DNA of 64,000 nt. It comes from an uncultured Alphaproteobacteria bacterium (lineage in GTDB: Bacteria; Pseudomonadota; Alphaproteobacteria; HIMB59; GCA-002718135). Under the pieces are notes generated by a model. It was not told the DNA's origin. It searched no databases and was given only the letters and a program-made list of their open reading frames with translations. This document shows positions 57,853-64,000 of the stretch, piece after piece (position 1 is the stretch's first letter; each line of letters begins with the position of its first letter). The position numbers and the translations under genes are program-made. The DNA is taken from contig CACFLO010000001.1 of assembly GCA_902567135.1 (NCBI GenBank), positions 49,748-113,747 of the forward strand, in the 5' to 3' direction.

Positions 57853-58098
57853 ATGAACATAAAATATTTTGCATGGATTAAAGATATAACTGAACATGAA
57901 AATGAAGAGATAAATTCAGAAAAAATAAAAAATTTAGATGACTTAAAAACGTTTATAATAAAGAAATATCCTGACTTAAAAAAACATTTAGATAAAGAAA
58001 TATTGAGATTTGCAGTCAATCAAGAGTATATTGTTAAAAACATAGACTTAAATGTTAATGATGAGATTGCTATTTTTCCACCTGTAAGTGGTGGTTAA
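57853..58098 (+). CDS. moaD: Molybdopterin synthase sulfur carrier
   Basis: YFAW, AVNQ, EIAIFPPVSGG C-terminus. Confidence 0.93.
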   Translation: MNIKYFAWIKDITEHENEEINSEKIKNLDDLKTFIIKKYPDLKKHLDKEILRFAVNQEYIVKNIDLNVNDEIAIFPPVSGG

Positions 58099-58514
58099 TG
58101 ATTAAAATTCAAAAAGAAGATTTCAATTCTGAAGAAGAAATAAATAAAATTAAAGATTTACATGAAAATGTAGGAGCCGTATCTTCATTTACAGGATATG
58201 TGAGAAATAATAATAATAATAAAAAAGTTAAATCAATAAATTTAGAAGTATATGAAGAAATGGCATATAACCAATTTAAAAAAATTATTAGTGAAGCTAA
58301 GTTAAAGTGGCAGTTAACTGATTGTTTGATTATTCATCGATATGGTGAGTTATATGTTAATAGTAAGATTGTTCTTGTTAGTTCCTTTTCTGAGCATAGA
58401 AAAGATAGTTTTGAATCATGCAACTTTATAATGGATTATCTTAAAAGAGATGCGCCTTTTTGGAAGAACGAATTTTATGATAAAAAAAATGAATGGTTGG
58501 TTAATTATAGCTAG
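58098..58514 (+). CDS. moaE: Molybdopterin synthase catalytic subunit
   Basis: GA..SFTG.VR, HRYG.L, HR, MDYLK..APFWK.E. Confidence 0.93.
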   Translation: MIKIQKEDFNSEEEINKIKDLHENVGAVSSFTGYVRNNNNNKKVKSINLEVYEEMAYNQFKKIISEAKLKWQLTDCLIIHRYGELYVNSKIVLVSSFSEHRKDSFESCNFIMDYLKRDAPFWKNEFYDKKNEWLVNYS

Positions 58515-59391
58515 AATTTTTAACCATTTCACTAAAATCACCCATAAATTTAAAAGTAGTTGAATTATCACCTGTAGTAAAATTAACTTCATCTATTGAT
58601 CTAATTGGTGTAATTTCTGCGGCTGTTCCAGTTAAAAAAGCTTCATCATAATTACTAATCTCTTCTGGGAGTATGTGTTTTTCAGTTATTTTGAAACCCT
58701 GTTCAGTAGTCATCTTTATAACTGCTTGACGTGTAATACCATTTAAAAAACAATCTGGTATTGGTGTATGAATATCTTTATTTTTAATGAAGAAAATATT
58801 AGCACCAGTTCCTTCGGCTACATAACCCCTATAATCTAACATCAAAGCATCATGATAACCATTCTTTTCTGCAAATTCTTTGGACATTGTGCATATTATA
58901 TACGGGCCCGAAGCTTTGGCTTCATAAGGAGCAGTATCTGGCGCTGGTCTTTTCCATGGTGAAGTTATTAATCTTAATCCAGCTTTTCTATCTTCAATTT
59001 TAAAATATGAAGCCCAGTCATCCCAAACTGCAATTGCTACATTTATATTTGATTGTGTTGTTGATATGCCCATTTGATCTCCTCCTCTCCAAGCTAATGG
59101 TCTTACATAACAATCTTTGTAGTGCATTTTATCAATTAGTTGTTTTTTTGCCTCATTAATTTCATCTTTAGTAAATGGAATATTAATCCCAATTATTTTT
59201 GCTGAGTTAAAAAATCTGTTTGTGTGTTCTTCTGATTTAAAAATTTTTCCGTTATATGCTCTTTCTCCTTCAAAAACCGCACTAGCATAATGTAATCCTT
59301 GAGAAATTATATGAGATGTAGCATTAGCCCATGGAATGAATTGACCATTCATCCAAATCCAACCCTCTCTTTTTTCAAAAGATTTACTCAT
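58501..59391 (-). CDS. ilvE: Branched-chain amino acid aminotransferase
   Basis: GLHYASAVFEG.RAY, YVRP, AKASG.Y, EGTGAN, L.GITR, TGTAAE. Confidence 0.93.
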   Translation of the reverse strand: MSKSFEKREGWIWMNGQFIPWANATSHIISQGLHYASAVFEGERAYNGKIFKSEEHTNRFFNSAKIIGINIPFTKDEINEAKKQLIDKMHYKDCYVRPLAWRGGDQMGISTTQSNINVAIAVWDDWASYFKIEDRKAGLRLITSPWKRPAPDTAPYEAKASGPYIICTMSKEFAEKNGYHDALMLDYRGYVAEGTGANIFFIKNKDIHTPIPDCFLNGITRQAVIKMTTEQGFKITEKHILPEEISNYDEAFLTGTAAEITPIRSIDEVNFTTGDNSTTFKFMGDFSEMVKNSSYN

Positions 59392-59452
59392 AAATTTCTT
59401 CTATAATTTTTTTAATGACAATTGACTATCAGTGATGCATAATTAAGTCAAT

Positions 59453-59938
59453 ATGACTGACCTAAATAGTTTGCTATCGCCATTTTTTTTGAATGATAAA
59501 GAGATTCGAAAAGTTATCGAACTTCTTTTTTTTTCATATAGAGATTTTACATCTGGTCCTGATAAAATTTTAGAAAAATTAAACTTTGGGAGAGCTCATC
59601 ATAGAATAATATACTTCGTTGGGAAAAAAAATAATATAACAATTAAAGAGTTATTATTGGTATTACAAATAACTAAACAGAGTCTTTCAAGGGTTCTTAA
59701 TCAATTGGTAAATGAAAAATTTATTATAGTTTCAACTGGCATAGACAAAAGAACAAAAAAATTATCTCTTACTGAAAAGGGAGAAAAGCTTGAAAATCAA
59801 TTATCAACAATTCAAATAAATAAAATTAAAAGAGTTATAAATAAATATAGTGAAGAAAATATAAATGGATTTAAAGAAATATTATATGACATGATAGAAA
59901 CAGACAATAAAAAAACATTTCAACAAATAAATGATTAG
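59453..59938 (+). CDS. MarR family regulator (PetP-like)
   Basis: LFFSYRDF, GRAHHR, ITKQSL.RVL, DKR..L.LT.KG. Confidence 0.88.
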   Translation: MTDLNSLLSPFFLNDKEIRKVIELLFFSYRDFTSGPDKILEKLNFGRAHHRIIYFVGKKNNITIKELLLVLQITKQSLSRVLNQLVNEKFIIVSTGIDKRTKKLSLTEKGEKLENQLSTIQINKIKRVINKYSEENINGFKEILYDMIETDNKKTFQQIND

Positions 59939-59940
59939 AG

Positions 59941-60621
59941 ATGAGCAGAACTATTCTTTTAGTTGATGATGATCTTAGATTAAGAGATTTATTAAAAGAT
60001 TATTTAAATGAAAAAAACCTACAAGTATTTACTTGTGAGGATTTCATAGAAGCTAAAGAGGTATTAAAATTTTTTATTTTTGATCTGGTAATTTTAGATA
60101 GAATGATGCCAAGTGGTGATGGAGTGGATTTGATTTCATTGATAAAAAATAAATCAAATATACCTGTTATAATTTTAACAGCTATGGGAGAAGATGTTAA
60201 TAAAATTCATGGATTAAAAACAGGATCTGATGATTATGTTACAAAACCTTTTGAACCTGAAGAGCTATATCTTCGTATTAAAAAGTTATTAAAATTGTAT
60301 GAAAATATTAATCAATCTGAATTGCGCATTGAATTTGGAGATTATATTTTTAATACGAAGACTCAAGATCTTAAAATAAATAATAATGAAATTTATTTAA
60401 CTGAAGGAGAGCATAACCTTCTTCTAAAATTGATAAATAAAAGAAATAATCTTGTTTCAAGAGAGGAATTAGCTGATGAAGAATTTGATGAAAGTGAACT
60501 CAGAAAAGTTGATGTTGGAATAACTAGATTGCGTCAAAAAATAGAGAAAATTGCAAAAAAACCTCAATTTATTAAAACTATAAGAGGTAAAGGCTATATG
60601 TTAGTTTGCAGAGAAATATGA
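59941..60621 (+). CDS. OmpR-family response regulator
   Basis: VDDD, LDRMMP, LTA, DDY.TKPF, RLRQKIE, TIRGKGY. Confidence 0.93.
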   Translation: MSRTILLVDDDLRLRDLLKDYLNEKNLQVFTCEDFIEAKEVLKFFIFDLVILDRMMPSGDGVDLISLIKNKSNIPVIILTAMGEDVNKIHGLKTGSDDYVTKPFEPEELYLRIKKLLKLYENINQSELRIEFGDYIFNTKTQDLKINNNEIYLTEGEHNLLLKLINKRNNLVSREELADEEFDESELRKVDVGITRLRQKIEKIAKKPQFIKTIRGKGYMLVCREI

Positions 60622-61916
60622 TTTTTAAAAAAATTATTCCACTATCCCTATTAGGAAGATCAATAATAATTATATTTGTTCCTATAATAGTATTAGTAAT
60701 AATTACTTCTATAATTTTTTACCAAACTTCTTGGAATATTATTTCAAAAAGACTAACGCAATCAGTTGTTGCAGACATAAATGTACTTGTAAAACTAATT
60801 GATAAAAATCTAGAGTTTGAAACAAAACAAATTGCTAAAGAGGATTTTAAAATGACAATTAAAATAGTAGAAAGTGCAAATATAAATAAATCTTCTTATA
60901 AAAAGCAACGGGGTATTTTGTCAAATAGATTAAAACAATCACTTGTAAATTTAGATATTCCTTTTGCATATGATTTAAGTAATATTGATGATGGTGTAAA
61001 AATAATTTTGCAATTAAAAAAAAATAAATATTTATTAATTAATGTAGATAAAGATAGACTTTATAGTGAAACTGCTTTCGTTTTTTTATTATGGATGATA
61101 TTTGCCTCAGTCCTTCTTTTGTTTTTTTCTTACTTTTTTATGAATAAACAAATAAGACCTTTAAAAAGATTGGCAATAATTGCAGAAACATTTGGTAGAG
61201 GATTAGATGCGCCTGAGCTAAAATCTTCAGGAGCGTTAGAGATTAAACAAACAACTAATGCATTTAATCAAATGAGAACTAGAATTAAAAGATTCTTAAA
61301 ACAACGAACAGAAATGCTTGCTGGTGTTAGTCATGATCTTCGAACACCTCTAACAAGAATGAAGCTGCAATTATCACTTTTAAAAGATCAAAAAGCTAAA
61401 AAAGAATTGGAGTTAGACATAAATGAAATGACTGCCATGCTTGATAGTTATGTAAGTTTTGTTAGATCAGAAACCCCTGAACCGATTGAGAATATTAATT
61501 TAAATAAATTACTTAAAGATATAATAAAAAATATAGATTTTGAGAAACATAACATTAGTTTCATAGAAAAAAATATAATCAAAACTTCTGGCAGACCTTT
61601 ACAATTAAAGCGCGCTATACAAAATATAATTGATAATTCTATAAGATATTCAAATAAATTAAATATTGAAATATTTTTAAATGATAATGGTTGTGTAATT
61701 GTAATAGAGGATAATGGTCCAGGAATACCTATTAAGAATTATGAAGATGTATTTAAGCCTTTTTTTTCATTAGATCCATCTCGGAATAAACTAAAGGGAG
61801 AAAGTGGATTAGGCTTATCTATTACAAGAGATATTATAAGGGCGCATGGAGGTGAAATAAAATTATCAAAATCTAGTTATGGTGGTTTAAAATCTCTTAT
61901 TCAACTTCCAATTTAA
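60618..61916 (+). CDS. EnvZ-like sensor histidine kinase
   Basis: Two TM segments, HAMP, SHDLRTPL, N box, DNGPGI, GLGL; ATG at 60618 overlaps the regulator stop. Confidence 0.93.
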   Translation: MIFKKIIPLSLLGRSIIIIFVPIIVLVIITSIIFYQTSWNIISKRLTQSVVADINVLVKLIDKNLEFETKQIAKEDFKMTIKIVESANINKSSYKKQRGILSNRLKQSLVNLDIPFAYDLSNIDDGVKIILQLKKNKYLLINVDKDRLYSETAFVFLLWMIFASVLLLFFSYFFMNKQIRPLKRLAIIAETFGRGLDAPELKSSGALEIKQTTNAFNQMRTRIKRFLKQRTEMLAGVSHDLRTPLTRMKLQLSLLKDQKAKKELELDINEMTAMLDSYVSFVRSETPEPIENINLNKLLKDIIKNIDFEKHNISFIEKNIIKTSGRPLQLKRAIQNIIDNSIRYSNKLNIEIFLNDNGCVIVIEDNGPGIPIKNYEDVFKPFFSLDPSRNKLKGESGLGLSITRDIIRAHGGEIKLSKSSYGGLKSLIQLPI

Positions 61917-62254
61917 AAGAGTTTACCTCCGTTAGGTATAATTTTATTTGGCTCAATAAGTATAGGTTCATTAGATTGATCGGGAAATCCAAGAACCAAG
62001 ACTTCAGAAGTTAAATTTCCAATTTGTTTTGATTCAAAATTAACAACAGCTGCGATTTGCTTATTTATTAAATCTTCTGGTTTATAATTTTTGATTAGCT
62101 GAGCAGAGCTTTTTTTAATTCCAATTTCTTCGCCAAAATCAATCTTTAATATAATTGAAGGATTATTAAGTTTTAAATTTTCTTCAGCTGAAATAATAGT
62201 TCCAACCCTAATATCTACTACTTCAAATGCTTTATATGAAATAATATTAGTCAA
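61913..62254 (-). CDS. csaA: tRNA-binding / secretion chaperone CsaA
   Basis: DIRVG.I, DFG..IG.K.SSAQ, VVNF..KQIG, SEVLVLG. Confidence 0.88.
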   Translation of the reverse strand: MTNIISYKAFEVVDIRVGTIISAEENLKLNNPSIILKIDFGEEIGIKKSSAQLIKNYKPEDLINKQIAAVVNFESKQIGNLTSEVLVLGFPDQSNEPILIEPNKIIPNGGKLF

Positions 62255-62796
62255 TTTAAATACTTACCAAATTTCTCAGCTTGATCTAAATTTTTATCAA
62301 GAGCATTCATTGTTTTTTCTAAAGATAAAGTATTATCTCCAACCCATACATAAAATGTCAACAAATATATTATAAATAGTCCCTTTAATCTTAACGATCC
62401 TTTTAAGCCATTAACATTGAAGTTTGCCAATTCTGCTGTAACTATCATACTTTCAAGAAAGGATGGGAATAGGCTTAAAAATTTATTAGGAGATTTTTTT
62501 AAGACTTCATAAATTTTTATAAAAGAAATTCTGTTTTGTTGAAGAATATCAAATCTCATCATTAAAACCTCAAATAACATATCTTTAGTAGTAGAGTTTT
62601 CTAAATTTTTTGTTTGTTCTACTAAAATACTGTCTACGTATCGATTTAAGTTTTTTAGTAAATCATTTTTTGTATTTATATATTTTTTTTTTTTAATATT
62701 TTTTACAAGCACATCATCTAAAGATAATTTACTCCAGGATTTATTAGTTAATTTTTTTAGAGTAATTTCAGCAATTTTTCTTTCTACATCTATCAT
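62251..62796 (-). CDS. TetR-like hypothetical protein
   Basis: Degenerate HTH, D.LFEVLM.RFD.L, W..D....L.KTM.ALD..L. Confidence 0.65.
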   Translation of the reverse strand: MIDVERKIAEITLKKLTNKSWSKLSLDDVLVKNIKKKKYINTKNDLLKNLNRYVDSILVEQTKNLENSTTKDMLFEVLMMRFDILQQNRISFIKIYEVLKKSPNKFLSLFPSFLESMIVTAELANFNVNGLKGSLRLKGLFIIYLLTFYVWVGDNTLSLEKTMNALDKNLDQAEKFGKYLN

Positions 62797-63611
62797 TAAT
62801 TTTTTTTACCTAATATTTTTGCTTTTTTATAAGCAGACATATAAGTTTTATAAATAATTTTATCTATATTATTATTTTTTAAATTTTTTAGACCAGCCTC
62901 TGTTGTTCCTCCTTTAACTGCAATTGATTTTTCTAAATCATATGGTTCTTTTTTTGTCTCTTGCATTAAATAAATAGATCCTAAGATAGTTGTTAAAACT
63001 AATTCTCTAGATTGTTTTTTAGAAAATCCTAATTTCTGCGCACCCTTTTCAAAAGAATTAATTAATGCATAGACATAACCAGGTCCACTTCCAGAAACTG
63101 CTGTAGCTTTATCAATTTGACTTTCATTACTAAGCCATAATGTTTTTCCAACTTTCAAAAAAAGTTGATTAATAGTTTTTTTATTTTTATTACTTAAATT
63201 ATTAGTTGAAACAAAGCACGATATTCCATTTCTAATTAGAGCTGGCATATTTGGCATTATTCTGACAAATTGATTCGCATTTTTAAGGCGTTTTTGAAAA
63301 AAAATTATTTTTTTTCCCGCAATAATACTACCTATTATTGAGTTTTTTTTAAATTCAAAATCTTTATATTCAGATAAAACTCTATCAGCAATTTGTGGTT
63401 TCACTGCAAAAATAATTATATCAAATTTATTTATTTCTTTTTGTATTGGTGCTTTATTTAGAATCTCAATTTTCTTATTATTAAATTTATTTTTTAATTT
63501 TTTAAAATTGAATGGATCTACGACTGTAAAAGAATATGAATTTAAATTTAACCAAGACTTAACTAAAGCAGTGCCCATGTTGCCACATCCTACTAATAAA
63601 ACTTTATTCAT
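62796..63611 (-). CDS. proC: Pyrroline-5-carboxylate reductase
   Basis: GCGNMG, AVKPQ, RIMPN, TAVSGSGPGY, GGTTEAGL. Confidence 0.95.
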   Translation of the reverse strand: MNKVLLVGCGNMGTALVKSWLNLNSYSFTVVDPFNFKKLKNKFNNKKIEILNKAPIQKEINKFDIIIFAVKPQIADRVLSEYKDFEFKKNSIIGSIIAGKKIIFFQKRLKNANQFVRIMPNMPALIRNGISCFVSTNNLSNKNKKTINQLFLKVGKTLWLSNESQIDKATAVSGSGPGYVYALINSFEKGAQKLGFSKKQSRELVLTTILGSIYLMQETKKEPYDLEKSIAVKGGTTEAGLKNLKNNNIDKIIYKTYMSAYKKAKILGKKN

Positions 63612-63654
63612 AATTTATTATTAATTATACTTTTTAAAAAAAATATATAGTTTT

Positions 63655-64000
63655 TTAGGCTGAACCAATAACTTCAAAGTTAGTAAATTCTAGGGACTCT
63701 AAAGGTTCAATATCATGAAATAACGTCTGCTGGAATGATGGGTAATATTTTTCACATTCATATATTGATATATCAACTAAATTTTCTAATTTTTTATGTA
63801 AAAAATCAATATCTGAATTGGCCAAAATAGTATGACGAAATGCAGGAATTCCATTTTTACTTGTAATATCAAAATGACCTAGCCATAGTTTTTCATTTAT
63901 TAAACCAATTAATTCATAAGCTTTAATAAGTTTGGATTGAGGGTATTTTAAGTCAAAAGTTATAGTGAAACTTATAGCTCTTATATTTTCAGCCCATGTG
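63655..64000 (-). CDS. YbjN-domain protein (partial; start lies outside the window)
   Basis: Hand-translated ...LINEKLWLGHFD...PAFRH...ECEKYYPSFQ...FEVIGSA*; usual position upstream of proC in Alphaproteobacteria. Confidence 0.75.
   Translation of the reverse strand, partial: TWAENIRAISFTITFDLKYPQSKLIKAYELIGLINEKLWLGHFDITSKNGIPAFRHTILANSDIDFLHKKLENLVDISIYECEKYYPSFQQTLFHDIEPLESLEFTNFEVIGSA

Noticed and set aside
3739..58019. Many short ORFs nested in or antisense to longer genes (e.g. 3739, 4371, 6380, 8420, 19795, 28133, 28335, 35452, 43551, 50881, 52668, 55310, 57441)
   Set aside because: They overlap well-supported genes and show no recognisable motifs.
62683..62694. 12-nt homopolymer as a phase-variation tract
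   Set aside because: It encodes in-frame KKKK, and long A/T runs are common throughout this AT-rich sequence.
1..64000. tRNA, rRNA, CRISPR array, prophage, transposase or integrase
   Set aside because: No GC-rich structured RNA, spaced direct repeats or mobile-element proteins were seen; nearly all sequence is accounted for by CDS.

Overview
Very AT-rich, gene-dense chromosomal segment with short or overlapping intergenic spacers. Conserved blocks (uvrC-pgsA-moaD-moaE, ilvE/MarR-OmpR-EnvZ, ybjN-proC-csaA, ALA-synthase hemA, aprMBA) point to a streamlined marine alphaproteobacterium, probably SAR11/Pelagibacterales-like (inference). I found no rRNA, tRNA, CRISPR, prophage or transposase. Housekeeping genes flank a ~44 kb core (about 11-55 kb) rich in organosulfur and osmolyte catabolism: comDE, hpsN, an hpsO-like SDR, xsc, pta, ald, an omega-aminotransferase, aprMBA, a CysC-like kinase, cysQ, a DddP-like enzyme, Rieske oxygenase plus StcD/HpbA, two ureohydrolases, two core-MetE enzymes and two ABC importers. 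The three best candidates for undescribed biology are: (1) a LacI-linked module of ABC importer, two tandem-SnoaL proteins, a bicupin and a MetE-fold enzyme wrapped around hpsO/hpsN, with a variant HpsN active site; (2) a 133-aa HIGH-type nucleotidyltransferase plus an APS-kinase-like gene head-to-head with aprMBA, where sat would be expected; (3) an atypical ureohydrolase in an operon with omega-aminotransferase and ald, opposite pta, suggesting catabolism of a guanidino compound such as taurocyamine. All calls come from motif recognition by eye; no searches were run.
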